Origin: Lama glama
Lineage: Eukaryota
DNA length: 64,000 bases
NCBI GenBank assembly: GCA_028534125.1
Contig: CM052816.1
Coordinates: 32,614,001-32,678,000, forward strand
Direction of reading: 5' to 3'
Every line of letters starts with the position of its first letter. Positions within the stretch are counted from its first letter, which is position 1. Shown piece after piece: positions 1-12,160 of this stretch. Both the position numbers and the translations under genes were made by a program. Below the pieces are notes generated by a model. It searched no databases. It had not been told where the DNA came from and worked only from the letters and a program-made list of their open reading frames with translations.

Positions 1-371
1 GCTTCGCCTTTGGCAGTCTCCTCTCACAAGTAGAAAGTTGCTGTCTCAGTTCCTGGGTTCCCATGTGAACCTGACAATGCTTTGCAAAAGGGAAGAAGAG
101 GAATTTTTCCCCCCTTTTTGGTCTCATTTTAAGACAGAGGAAAACTTTCTTAGAATCCCTCCAGCAAAACCTTTCCCACGTCTCATGGGCCAGAAAGAGG
201 TCACATGCCACCATTGAAACCAGTCCCTGAGAAGACGAATAGCAGGCTTAGCTTAACCAAGATTTACCCTAAGCCACATGGAGGGATAGTCACCCAAGCA
301 AAGTTAGGGTTTTGTTGCAAGGAAAATGGAGGAAATAGCTGGCAGCTGGGCAGCCAGCAATGTCTGCTACA
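1..371 (-). mobile_element. Old MaLR LTR (MLT1J/K-like), probably truncated by the window edge
   Basis: Contains 'cccacgtctcatgggccagaaagaggtcacatgccacc' and ends 'cagcaatgtctgctaca', resembling reverse-oriented MLT1J/K as recalled. Confidence 0.65.
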
Positions 372-544
372 AATGCCAATTGTGAGTGGTCAGACATTGG
401 GGAGAAAATATATCACAAATCTCTGTATCAGGCTTATCATTCATCAGTGCAGGAAATGGCCATGATGTTGTGTAAGACAAACTGCAGAAATCTTCAATGA
501 AACTATATAGTTCAATCCATACCTCCCAGCTGGCAGCAGGAGAA

Positions 545-680
545 ATTCCAAGTAGATCATAGAATTAAATGTGAAAACTTTACTGCTATTAAATAAACAC
601 ATTGGAGAACTATATTATAATCTTTGAGTAGGAGAAGGCTTTCTAATTATGACTTAAAATCAAGAAGCTATAAAAGGAAG
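545..680 (+). mobile_element. Old L1M ORF2 3' fragment
   Basis: 'agatcatagaattaaatgtgaaa...ggagaaggctttctaattatgac' resembles degenerate late L1 ORF2. Confidence 0.55.
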
Positions 681-1208
681 ACATGGAAACAACCTAAATG
701 TCCAGAACTGGATAAAGAAGCTATGGTATATATATATACAATGGAATACTACTCGGCCACAAAAAGAATAGAATAATGCCATTTGCAGCAACATGAATGG
801 ACATGGAGATGGTCATTCTAAGTGAAGTAAGTCAGAAAGAGAAAGAAAAATACCATATAATATCGCTTATATGTGGAATCTTAAAAAAAAAAAGAAAAAA
901 GAGGATACTAAAGAACTCATCTATAAAACAGAAACGGACTCACAAACATAGTAAACAGTCTTATGGTTACTGGGGGAAAGGGGGTAGGAAGGGATAAATT
1001 AGGCAGTTTAAGATTTGCAAATGTTAACCACTACATACAAAAAAAATTTTTTTAATTTCTTCTGTATAGCACAAGGAATTATATGCAATATTTCTTATAA
1101 TAACCTTTAATGAAAAAGAATATGAAAACAAATATATGTATGTATATACAAGACTGTATACCAGACATTGACACATTGTAACTGACTATAATTCAATTTA
1201 AAAAAAAA
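680..1208 (+). mobile_element. 5'-truncated lineage-specific L1 (ORF2 end, 3'UTR, A tail)
   Basis: 'gacatggaaacaacctaaatgtcc...atggaatactactc...gccatttgcagcaacatg...ctaagtgaagtaagtcag'; ORF 797-997 (MDMEMVILSEVSQKEK) is the L1 ORF2 C-terminus; ends in an A run. Confidence 0.9.
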
Positions 1209-1214
1209 GCCAAC

Positions 1215-1625
1215 AAAAGTGGACTAATGAAATGAACTGTGGTGACCATACAGTAGATTATTATGCAGCTGTACAAAAGAACGAGTACATATCTGTATGC
1301 AGTGATACAGAAAGTTCTCTCAAACCTGAAGTTAAAAAAAGCAATGTACTCATCAGTTTGTATAATATGCCAAATTTTTTATAAAAAGAAAAGAAAAATA
1401 AGTATCATTAATTTCTCAAAAATACACATAATTATATGTGCTTTTACAAATATAAAGAAACTCTGAAGGAAATACTAGAAAAATAAGTGGTTACCTATAT
1501 TGGGGGGATGGCAAACTAGGAGAATGAAAGTTAAGGATAAGAATAAAATTTTTTGCTGTGTATCATTTATTTTTCTTTTGATTTGAACTATGTTTAAAGT
1601 ATTTGTTCAAAAGTTTAAATACAAT
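1215..1625 (+). mobile_element. Old L1ME-type 3' end fragment
   Basis: 'aactgtggtgaccatacagtagattattatgcagctgtacaaaagaa...gtggttacct' resembles degenerate L1ME 3'UTR. Confidence 0.55.
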
Positions 1626-1799
1626 TTATTAAAAATCTATGATTGTTTACTGTTGCCTACAGTTCCAATTCCAAGTCTTTAATTTGGGATTCAAGACAAA
1701 TCACAGTTTAGATCAAATCACCTTTTCCATGGTGAATTCCTGCTAATTTCTCCTCACCTCTACCTCCCACCCCTGCCACCCACCCACACACTGCCATCC

Positions 1800-2800
1800 C
1801 TGGAATCTCTCCTGAAAGATAATCACTGTTAATAATTTTCACTTCAGAAAAAATATATTATATATATACCTACATTTAATTTTAGCTATATAACATTTTT
1901 GAAAAAATTTTTGTCTGTGATTGTGTTTTTATTACATATTTTAAAGAATTTTCTGTATCATGAATTTTTCCATTTATTTATATATTTCGTATTCTTTATG
2001 TATCAATACGTATGGCCTTTTTAATGATTTTTAATAACATTCATCACATGAACATTTTATAATTTAGCTTGTTGTTTCCCTTGCACACTTAGATTATTTC
2101 TCTTATAGTTGTTGGTACAAGCAATGCTGCAATAAATATCTTGGCATATTTTTGCTGTAATACCGAAGTGTAATTATTAGGCAAGTGTTACATGCATTTA
2201 AGAATTTGACTGTTAGTGTCAAATTGCCTTGACAAAGGTTATGTCATGAAAATACTCCTTTCCTCACTCTCGCACCGTTATAGAAACTTCTGAAAGTTGC
2301 CTAATAGGCAAAAAGTATTCCTTTTATGCTTAATTAGCATTTCTTTAATTATAAGAATAGCATGTTTTTTATATGTACATAGGAATTTGTGTTACTTTTT
2401 CTATGAACTGTCTTTTCTACAGATTGAGAGAGTGGCAGTATATCCTAAAGGTAACATTGTAACTTACGTTTTCCCCAGATGTCCCAATGCAACCTCCGGT
2501 ACAATCTATACCTTCTTCATTGATTTGAGTTACAATATTTATTATATACTAAATTCCCATAGGCAATAGGTCTTGTGTCTTCTGTTCTATTCATCTGAAT
2601 ATCTCTTCTCACCTAATACCACAGCTTTTAAGTTACTATAGCCTTATAGCATGCTTTTCATCGGATAAGTCTGGTCTTCATATCGTAAGTCTTTTTTTTT
2701 TTTTCCAAAAACTTCTCACCTATTTCAGTATATTTATTCTTCCAGGTGAACTTACAGGTTACTTTGAGGGAAATGATGTTTTTATGATATCAAGTCTTTC
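1800..2800 (-). mobile_element. Highly degenerate antisense L1M/L1ME fragments
   Basis: T-rich with 'acaagcaatgctgcaataaatatcttg', 'ttaattagcatttctttaatta', 'ttttaagttactatagccttatagc', 'tatttattcttccaggtgaactta'. Confidence 0.55.
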
Positions 2801-4320
2801 TGACTGTAAGTGCAGTGCTCAAAATGTCATTTGAAATCATTAGATAATTATGTAGTGAATCTGAACCCTTGTGGACATTTCTGACCGGGTTAGTTGTGTG
2901 AATCATCTGAATCTATGGCATAATTGTGCAATTCTCCCCTTTCTTGTGTAGACATATGAGAATGACGTGGGTATCAGGAAAACCAGGGCTAGAGCAAAAA
3001 ATAAACAGTCCCTCCATATCCTTCAGGAATTTTTTAATGGAAAAATTGATCATTCACATCCTGTCCACCGTAAGAGTGGAGCTCCAGCCACAATCAATAC
3101 CACTGCTCATGTGTGCTGGAGGCTGCGTGCGTCCTGGGTATAGAATTCCTGGCTTGTGGCCATTACCAATACAGGAATAAAAGCCATTTAATTCCAGCCA
3201 GCTGTTCCTGGGGCCTTCCATGGGTGGGTCTGCTGAGGGGTATTTCATTCGATTCACAGGAAAAAATGTGCCCCTCAATTGCTTGGCACAGAGCCAGATT
3301 TGCTGGGACTTTCCAAACACATCACTGTGGGGGAGAAAACACGAAGGCTGTTCACATCACTGATCACCAGCCCAGGGTGTTCTCTGGGGGGCTCTGCTAG
3401 TTCGCTGCAATGCTCTAAACTTGCTCTTCATTTCATACTGAAAAACCAGAGCTTTGCGTTCAATTTAAGATCTTTCTAACATATGAGGTTAAAGAGACAT
3501 CTTTACCTACTTAAATAAATGCAGCGTTGGACTGATTAAATCAAAATTACACTGTATATAGTATTAAAGGTGACATCTATCTATGTAAATTAGTGTAATG
3601 GAAGAGAAAGTAATGTTCTTAATCTAAAAATATACTCTTTCTTTGCTTGACATAGGCTACTAAATTGATGTTTTGTAGTTGTATGTTTAGGTGCCAAAAA
3701 AGCAATTTTAGGTTCTGCAAGGAGTGGTCATTTCCCATTCCACATTATATAATTCCAGTGTTGTAGTTTAAAATTAGCCGTCTTCCCTTGAAAAACAAGT
3801 AAAGGCAAGGGACCCTGTATGGCTTGCTCTTTTGTTGTTGTTTTATTTTGTTTTGATACTTCCTAAGACCATGATAGAGGGTTTAGGAATTATGCACCGT
3901 GTTCAAGGTTATAGCGAGAGAGTGGCTGATGTGGCCAAAACCACGTTGCACAGTAGAGTTGGAGGTTCGTTGGTACTAAAATGTGGCTAAATGGGCTTGG
4001 GACAGTCCCAAACCAAAGGCTTCCTCCATTTTTGCATTTGGTAGGCAGAAACTGTATGGGGAATAGAAGGAAAGGAAAAGAAGAAAAGAGAACCCACTTA
4101 TTACAAGGTGCATATTTGATCATAGTTAATCCCCACCAGATCCTGCTTTGAGCACTTTCTTACTATTTAAACTAGTGGTATGCATTTTAACTCATTCGCC
4201 AAACTTGGTTCCAACATGGGAAACCTGTAGGCTGGCCAACCCACTTTTTAGGAAAGGAAACATATTTACTGAGCACATACTATGTCTCAGACCTCTGCTA
4301 ATACTGCTGATACGGTGGAC

Positions 4321-4989
4321 TGTTGTTCAGCATGCATTTAGTCTCATTCTCTGTACTTCCCTACAGCCAAGGCTAGCAAACTGAAATATGCATTTTCCGG
4401 ACTCTCTTGATGCCAAGGCTTTTGGTGCCTCGTGGGCTCTGGTAACTGGATATACTCACACATGATTTGGAGTATGGGAGTGAAGTTGAGAACATCTTCC
4501 TGTGACTGTTTCTAATGGCAGACAAGGTCTCAGTGTGTCAAGAGGCAGGTGGTGGCTGGACTCAGACTTCGAATTTCCAGACTGCAGCTTTCAGGGGCTG
4601 GAGAGGAAGTTGTGTTCACTCTGGCAGTGTCTCCTGGTCCCTAGAGTCCACGACAGCAGTGTGTTCTCAAACTCAACACTGCAGTGGCTACTGCTGATCT
4701 CTGCTTTCCCAGTCCTTCCAGTGATTTTAGGATTATCTAATGCCCTGTATCACATTTCTTTCTACTTAAAATACATAGAAGTGGGGAGGGTATAGCTCAA
4801 GTGGGAGAGCACATGCTTAGCATGGACAAGGGCCTGGGTTCAGTCCCCAGTGCCTCCTTAAAAATAAATAAACTTAATTACCCCCCATGCCAAAGTAAAT
4901 AATACAATAATAAATTAATTAAATATTTTAATAAATAAAATTAAATACCTAGAGTCTTCTGTTTCCTTCACTAAACCCTGACAGATACA
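4321..4989 (+). mobile_element. ERVL solo LTR (LTR33-like) interrupted by a SINE
   Basis: TG...CA termini; 'ggctagcaaactgaaatatgcattttccggactctcttg' near the start and 'aaccctgacagataca' at the end resemble LTR33. Confidence 0.65.
4783..4940 (+). mobile_element. tRNA-Ala-derived camelid-type SINE (Vic-1-like)
   Basis: Head 'ggggagggtatagctcaagtgggagagcacatgcttagcatggacaagggcctgggttcagtccccagtgcctcc' with A/B boxes, then 'aaataaataaacttaattacccccc' and AT-rich tail; degenerate TSD taaaatacatagaagt/taaatacctagagt. Confidence 0.9.
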
Positions 4990-5134
4990 GAAGACCCTTA
5001 AGTTTCCTGAGGTGCTCTGAATTTAAGTTTATACCCCTGGTAATGAAGTACCAGCAAGAAGAAAATAAAGAAGAGGTTAGTACATTTACATCACTTTTTT
5101 GTCAGCAATCTGGTTCTAGAACAGTTAGAAGATA

Positions 5135-5250
5135 TAACAGTAATAGCTAACTTTTATTGTACATTTACAGTCATTACTGTATTTAATCCTTATAGAAACT
5201 CCATTTTACAGAGGAGAAACCAAAGGTTTAGAGACTTTAGGAAACTTCTG
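5135..5250 (-). mobile_element. MIR fragment
   Basis: 'atttaatccttatagaaactccattttacagaggagaaaccaaagg' MIR core. Confidence 0.65.
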
Positions 5251-5258
5251 TTCAACAT

Positions 5259-5730
5259 TGTGGTAGAATAATGTTCCCCCAACCTTTTCCCAAAGATATC
5301 CACATCCTAATCCCTGGAACCTGTGAATTGTTGCCTTACACGACAAAATGGGCTTCGCAGGTGTGATTTAGTTACAGATATAGTGATGGGCAGATTATCC
5401 TGAATCATCCAGGTGGGTTCAGTGTCCTCACAAGAGGCTTGAGAATAGGGAGGCAGGAGGGCCGAAGCAGGAGGAGACGTGACAACCAAAGAGAAAGAGA
5501 GACTTGAAGACATCAAATTGCTGCTTTAAAGATGGAGGATGGAGCCAGGAGGCCTTTAGTGGCTGGAAAAGCAAGCAAACAGGATTCTCCCCTAGAGTCT
5601 CTAAAAGGAATGCAGCCCTGCTGACCCATTTTAGATTTCTGACCTCTAGAACTGTAAGAGAATAAATTATCTTGTGTTAAGCCACTAAATGTGTGGTAAC
5701 TTGTTACAACAGCAACAGGAAACTAGTACA
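5259..5730 (+). mobile_element. MaLR solo LTR (MLT1D-like)
   Basis: TG...CA; 'caaagatatccacatcctaatccctggaacctgtgaa', 'gaactgtaagagaataaatt...aagccactaaatgtgtggtaacttgttacaacagcaacaggaaactagtaca'; 5-bp TSD aacat/aacgt. Confidence 0.9.
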
Positions 5731-6059
5731 AACGTTTAATAAATTATCATTGAGATCCTGTCATGCGGTGCTGAGATAGTTGTAACAAAACTAAGTGCCT
5801 GTATTGCTTGTGCTCTTAACACTGTCCTCTGCCACCCTCACCTTGCCAAGCTCAAGGCAGGTGCCCAAGCCTGTACCCTCTTTTATTCTAAAGGGATGTA
5901 ATGAATTTAATTTCTAATTGGATTCTGATAAATTGACATGGAACATCTTTTCTCATTTGAAGGGACCTAGATTTTCTTCTGAGAGCCACTGTGGTATTTT
6001 CTGCAAAGAAGGCTGCCCCCAAGCCCGACAAGTACATTTCCAGACCTTTGGTTCTTGAG

Positions 6060-6200
6060 TCTTTTCCTGCACATGGGGTACTTATTAAAATGTCCAGCTT
6101 CTAGCATTCTAATTCCGTACATCTGTGTGGCGCCTGAGGACGTGCGCTCTCACTCTCTAGGTGATTCTGAGGCACACCAGGGACCTCACTTGAGAATTAC
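6060..6200. mobile_element. MER5-like hAT-Charlie relic
   Basis: 'cttattaaaatgtccagcttc...aggtgattctgaggcacac...cacttgagaattact'. Confidence 0.55.
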
Positions 6201-6729
6201 TTTTTCATATAAAACTGTGTAAGAGCCTTCCTTTCTGAATCCTTAGAGACAGGGCTTCCAACATTCCAGTTGCCTTAGTTCTCCTAGCAGGGTTTGAAGC
6301 AGACATTCTTTTCCTGATGACACATGTTTTGCAATGGCATTGAAAAATAACCGATCCCCACAATGCCTAATAATAGGGGTCATGTTATTTTGTATTCTCT
6401 TTGTGGTACAGTAATGCTACCATAGTTGGCTCTCTTTTTAATATTATTATAACATTAGTAACATTTAATATTACCACTACTGATACAGTCATGTTGAAAT
6501 GGTCAGTGCAGTTCAACATTCTCAGATATTCTCCAGTAGGATTGGACTTTTTAAAGTGTAATTTAAATTCAGTTACAGATTGTTTCACTGAAATTGCCAC
6601 CTACTGGTTTGTGATTTAAAAATTCCCTTTTAGTGACAGCTCAGAAGCCAACTTCACTGAAAACAGCAGATTATACTGGCTTCCTTTAGATATTTACAAT
6701 ATTTCATTGAACCAAATACAAATAACACC

Positions 6730-6870
6730 CTAGAAATTATCCAACCCAGCCCCATCATTTTGCAAATGAGGAAAATGAGGTTTAAAAGAGGGAAGTGACT
6801 TGCCTAAAGTTATAGAAGTAATTAAGGAATGCAAGAGAGACTAGCAAATACTTTCCTTATTCCTGGTCGA
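6730..6870 (-). mobile_element. MIR
   Basis: 'cattttgcaaatgaggaaaatgaggtttaaaagagggaagtgacttgcctaaagttatag'. Confidence 0.75.
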
Positions 6871-8139
6871 CTCAGAAGCTCAGTCACTATAATTTTATTT
6901 ATAAATCCTCTTATGGTATTTTCATTGCTTCCAGTGTAAGTTAGGTTTTTTTACTGGATAATCTGGAGAAGATAAATTTAAAACATTCATATTTTTGTTT
7001 TGCTGTTTCTTCCTTTGAAGAAATAAATTCAAGACCTCTTTCAGGTTGACCCCAACTTTTTCCCCCGGGTATTCATTCTTTAAAATAGGACTGCTAAGGA
7101 CTCAAAAAATTTTGTGGATCTCTACTCTGTTAGACTCACCTTGATAACTCTCCTGTTCAAATAACAACAATGTCTAGGGGGTCGGAGTGAGGCCTCGAAT
7201 ACTAACCTGACTCTGTTTAATGCGCCATTAGGCACATCATATCCAGCCCCACCCTCAAATCCTCTCTGCCTTAGCCACTATAAAATGGTTTCATACAATT
7301 TACTTAAGTGAAGTTCTTTGAACAGTTGTTGGGGTGGGAAACTCAACACCCCAGAATAGTGACAACAGAGGTGGTAGGGTAACAGCTGGGTGGATTGCAC
7401 TGCCGGCCGCAAGCTGACGTGGTATGGGTCCGACTCTCAAATTACCTTTACTCTGATTTGGATCCAGGAGCAAAAGCATGGAACAGTGAATATGCCCCCG
7501 TCTAGTCAGTATAACCAAATGACCCCTGAAGTCTTCCTATTTGCTCATTCTTCTGGTCTGAATATCTTCCCCCGGCCAGTGGAGAAGCCAGGGGAGGCAC
7601 TGCGGACAAGCAGGACATTGGATTATACACAACAACCGAATATCAGAGGGTGGAGGGAGTTCTCTTTCTATCAAAAGAGGAAGGAGAAGGGAGGTGGGGA
7701 AGGTGGCTAATACTGCTATTACTGCTCCGACTTTACCTCTGTCCTGACGAAGTCATGTTTCTAAAACAGCCATACAGAACTTCCGTTTTCAGCTCCGACA
7801 TGTACCACAGCCGTGCTCAGAGATTTTCTTGATGTGAAGCAGAACAGGAAATGGGAGTGGGGGAGGGAGTTCTCATTGTATCTCTTGGCAGCAGGGCTGA
7901 CAACAGTCAGAGGTGGAGGTAGTAGTTTTGTGGGAGAGGCTTAAGATAAGTGTTCTGTGGTTTCACATGTCTCTTACAGATTTTCAGTTCAGGCATGTGA
8001 AAAATTGGGTTGGCACTTACATTTATTGTTGCCTTGAATTCCAGCCCATCTGGGACAAAGTCGTCTTGTTCAGTTACATGCCGCTGGAAAATTAGTTCAG
8101 TGTCTTTTTCTTCCTCCAGAACACAGCTTTTCTTTGTAA

Positions 8140-8330
8140 CCATTCATTCACTTATTTATTTTTTCACCAAATAATTATTTCTGTGTACTGGTACTTACTA
8201 GGTTCTTGGGGTATAGTGGTGATTATAGCTGTCTTCATAAAGCTTAAGGTCTTGTGAGGAAAGATGTAATCAAATAAGTCATGACAATAAATTATATTAA
8301 GTATTACTGTAAGGGAAGTGAAGGGTTGAG
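8140..8330 (-). mobile_element. L2 3' fragment
   Basis: 'cattcattcacttatttatt...ttcttggggtatagtggtga...ttcataaagcttaaggtcttgtg'. Confidence 0.65.
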
Positions 8331-8779
8331 TAGCTGAAACACCAATTTTGTCTACTTCTACCTTAAAAAATGGGCAGGATAAAAAGAATACCTCTGGGGC
8401 AAGCATGAGGACCAGGTGAGATGATGTGGTTAAAATCTTGGTTAAGTGTAATGACTGTTAGTTATACTTCCTAGTCAAACCCCCTGTTGAAATCATTTAA
8501 ATGCTGCCAAAGAAGATTTACAAGTATTCTGGAAGCTCAGCCTCTGGTTCCAAAAGGTACAAGAGGCTGACCAGGTGTCATCATCTACCAAGTGCTAAAG
8601 ACCTACACCAGCCTCCATGGATAAGTTACTCCCCCTGAAGGCCTTGCCCCACTCGGTGTCCACATTCCAGAGCAGACCGCAGGGACAAAGGCAGGAGTCA
8701 GCCAAATGCAAGGCACAAGTAGGGCCATGTCCTTCAGATCTCAGCTGACCGTGGACCCTCCCAACCCACCTCTGGTCTG

Positions 8780-8995
8780 GCTTCCTGCCTTTCACTCAGC
8801 ACTTTTCACAGTTGTAATCAGCTATTTATGGGACCATTGTGATCAGTCTCTCTCTCCCCTGGCAGATGGTGTGCTCCAGTAGGACAGAGCCCGGAGCTGT
8901 TCTGCTCACCACACCATATGTGCCCCTGCCCCCGCCTCAGCCCCAACGGGTGAGTAGTGCTGCTCAATTGATGGTGCCTATATGAATGACAGAAT
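8780..8995 (+). mobile_element. L2 3' fragment
   Basis: 'cagcacttttcacagttgtaat...gctgttctgctcaccac...gctcaattgatggtgcctatatgaatga'. Confidence 0.55.
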
Positions 8996-10399
8996 GCGCA
9001 GTACTTACTTTGACTTATACCCTTAGGAAAGTATCATTTTCTGTCTGAACAGTGGTTTCCACTTGACATTTCTCGATAATGAAACCGTTGCAAGACTATC
9101 TTGGGAGATGGTATAGGGAGGCTGAGGCCATCACCAAAAGTGAAAGCTCAGGTTGAAAGGGATCAGGACAGTTACCCAGGATGCCTTTCAAGTGCTTAGA
9201 GCAGGAAATTCTAGAAAGAGTCTCAGCTCACCTCTGGTGGGGAAACATTTTCAGAAATGAGAGAAACACATCATTTTGAAAACAAGACATCTGATGCCCT
9301 TTTGTGTTTCAAGAGGAGTGGGCTCAGCACCTGGCAGTGAGGAGGTTCCTGCACCAGGGGTCTTGCCAGAGCCTCCAAGGTGTCCTGCAGGGAAATGATA
9401 AACATGCACCTTCAGCTTCAGTGTCTGTTTTTATGCCCTGGTCATGTGCAGGAGTTCTATAGGAAGGGAGAAATGGGAATATGTTTTGAGTATGTGTGTT
9501 TTTCACTTGGTGCCTGCTGACTCCCAAGGAGGCTGTAAATCCCAAAATCCAAACACTAGAAACCTGTCAGGAGGCAATGAGCCACCACTTTGGCCTCCAC
9601 TCAACGTCCATATGAAGAATAACTTTGGCAAAGAATAGTTACAGTGCAGTCGTGGTAAAAATAACAATCGTTCTTTCAATTTTCAACTAAATATAACTCC
9701 TAATTGCTAAAGTTCTATAAGATAATCAGATTTTTTGACCTCCAGCAAAACAATTTGAAAGTCAATATTGCCTTGGATACACAAATTCAGTATTACCTAT
9801 GACGTAAGATATTCCAGATTGCCATATAGTTAGTTGCTTTGCATCATTATCTTAGAATTTTGAGTGTTCCAGTCTTTCCTATATGGAATGAAAGGAGAAT
9901 AGAAGAAATAGGACTTACTGTGTCCTCTTCTCTCTGTAAGGAAGTATATACTCTGTATATGTTGAGAAAGATAATGCCGAAAGAGCCTACAGATAATCTA
10001 AAGAGAGAATGAGTTTAATAAACAAAGTAGAATATTAGAAACTTGAGTTCAGGTAAAACTTCTGAGGGTAAACTGATGGCTGAAGGGAAACTGAAGTTAG
10101 CCGACTGGCTCCCAGATGTTTTTGCGAAGCCGAAGGAGTGACAGCATCATCATTGACAAATGAGTACTTCGGTAGACAATTGCAACGAGAACCTATTACT
10201 GAAGAGGAAGCATAGTGATTTAGGAGACAAAGTGTAAGGAAAGGGGCACTGAATTGGAAGAAATGAAGTTAAAATTAGAACAGATTGGGGAGAGTTAAAG
10301 GCAAAAAATCATATACACTCTGGTTCCTTTTCAAACCTCCTCTAATGAAAAACTAAGATGACTATCACGTCTGTAAGATTTATTCAATCAAGAATATCA

Positions 10400-10725
10400 G
10401 CTTCAACCTCACCTTTCCCTGAAAAGGACAATGCATTACACCTCTGCCCTACACATTTCACCCAGGAGATAGACTAGGCCAGGTGCCCTATTATGCCATT
10501 TTGAGCCTCAAGACGTTTTCCTTCATAGCACTGAATAGAAGTTACCATGTGAGATTTACATATGTAGTTACTTGATGAAGGTCACTCTCCCCCGTGAGAC
10601 TACAAGTTCCCCAGTGACAAAAATGTTGGCTTCCTTTTTTGCTAACCATTGGTTCCTCATGTCTGGTGCACTGCCTGACACGTGGGAGACACTCGTTTAT
10701 TAACTGAATGAATGAATAAATGAAG
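10400..10725 (+). mobile_element. L2 3' fragment
   Basis: 'ttccttcatagcact...gagactacaagttcc...tgcctgacacgtgggagacactc...tgaatgaatgaataaatgaa'. Confidence 0.7.
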
Positions 10726-10999
10726 CAAGCTTGCTTTTCCTGCCCTCTCTTCTCTCCTTTTCGTCTTCCTTTCCTACTCAGTATTTTCTGTTTGTCTTCT
10801 ATTTCATTTCATTTCATTTTCAAATCAATACCAAAATTTATCTCAACCCTTCCACACATTGGGTTCTTCTGGTCAGCAGCCTTCCATAAAGCCAGGAGTA
10901 GCCTCTTTTGCTTCCAAACTACGCATGTGTCTATCGCATAGGACGAAGATCAGAAACCTTAGAGATCTGTGAACCAAAACTCCTTGGGAAAGGTGAACA

Positions 11000-11240
11000 C
11001 TGTGGTGGTTCCCAGTACAGACACTGGAGCAGAATACTTGGGTTTGAATTGTGCTTGGGTAACTTACTGAATGTGTGATCCTATATAAGTTGCTTAACCT
11101 TTCCAAGTTTCAGTTTCTACAACTATAAAATGAGGATAATAAGAAAATCAACCACTTCCAAGGGTTATTTTGATGATTAAATGACTTACTATTAACAAAC
11201 GTAAGACAGTGTCTGATGCTGGAGAACACTGTCAGCTATT
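11000..11240 (+). mobile_element. MIR
   Basis: 'ttgggtttgaat...tgtgtgatcctatataagttgcttaacctttccaagtttcagtttc...ataaaatgaggataataa'. Confidence 0.8.
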
Positions 11241-11795
11241 ATCTCAGTGATCACAAAGCCTCAGTGTGGACCTTGTTATACATTTTTGCAATTGGTCCAC
11301 AATTTGCATACCAAAAGTAGACAAAGGAACTAAACTTGAGAGCTTTGTCTCCTGCTGCCTGTCACTGCTCATCAGCAGTCTCCTTGCCCAGCTATCCAGG
11401 CTGCAGGAATGTCTGCTCTGGATTGGAGGGCCAGGGCAGTGGTTTGGGGGCCTGTAGGAGATGGGGAAAATCAGAGCTTAATGGCTGATTGTTATTCCAG
11501 GGCAGAGGTTTCTTTGTTTCCATTCTTGGTCTTCAGGCAACCATGGTGAAGGCATCCTCTTGGACCTCCAGGGAGGTGGTCTGTGTGCCTAGGAACACAG
11601 CATCATTCCAAGAGCTCTCCTCTTACAGCCACCTTTTCCAGAACACTAGCAGGAATCATGTGGTTGAATTCCTATGTCCCTGGGGAAAAGAAATGCTTTA
11701 TAATCTGATTTCAAGCATCCAAATCGTTCTCTCCAAATCCGGAGAGAGTTGAGATTTCTGCAACATGCAGAGATTTCTGCAGCCGGCAGAAATGG

Positions 11796-12160
11796 TGTTG
11801 TGGGACATAACTCAGTGGTGGGTTGGTGATGCGGGTTGGTAAAAGAATTTACCAGAGGCCAAGGAAAGTTTAAGAACAAGGAAAAGCTTCATAGTTACAC
11901 TACAATAGACAACAGTGGGCCACACCAACAAGAGGTACCTGCATGAGCACCGAGGGCTGGTTTGGGGGTCTTTCATAAGGTCGGATCACAAGGTGCCTGA
12001 TTGGCTTGTGCGCAAGTCTCTGATTGGTTGTAGGTGAGGTAAGAAATTTAGGGTCTGTGAAGGGGCAGTGGGACATATGACTCTGATAAGGTGGAGATAT
12101 GGTCTGAAACAAGCCAGCCTGAGCTATTGCAAGATTAGGCATTCCCTAGGGCTATTAGTT
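11796..12160 (-). mobile_element. ERV1-like LTR, reverse orientation (family not assigned)
   Basis: Starts 'tgttgtggg' (CA terminus on -); 'gggttggtaaaagaatttacc'; two CCAAT boxes on - (12000-12004, 12023-12027) upstream of a TATA-like TATGAAA. Confidence 0.5.

Noticed and set aside
9970..10310. Possible processed pseudogene (purine-rich, short MAEGKLKLADWLPDVFAKPKE frame)
   Set aside because: Frames are short, I recognise no parent protein, and there is no poly-A tail or TSD
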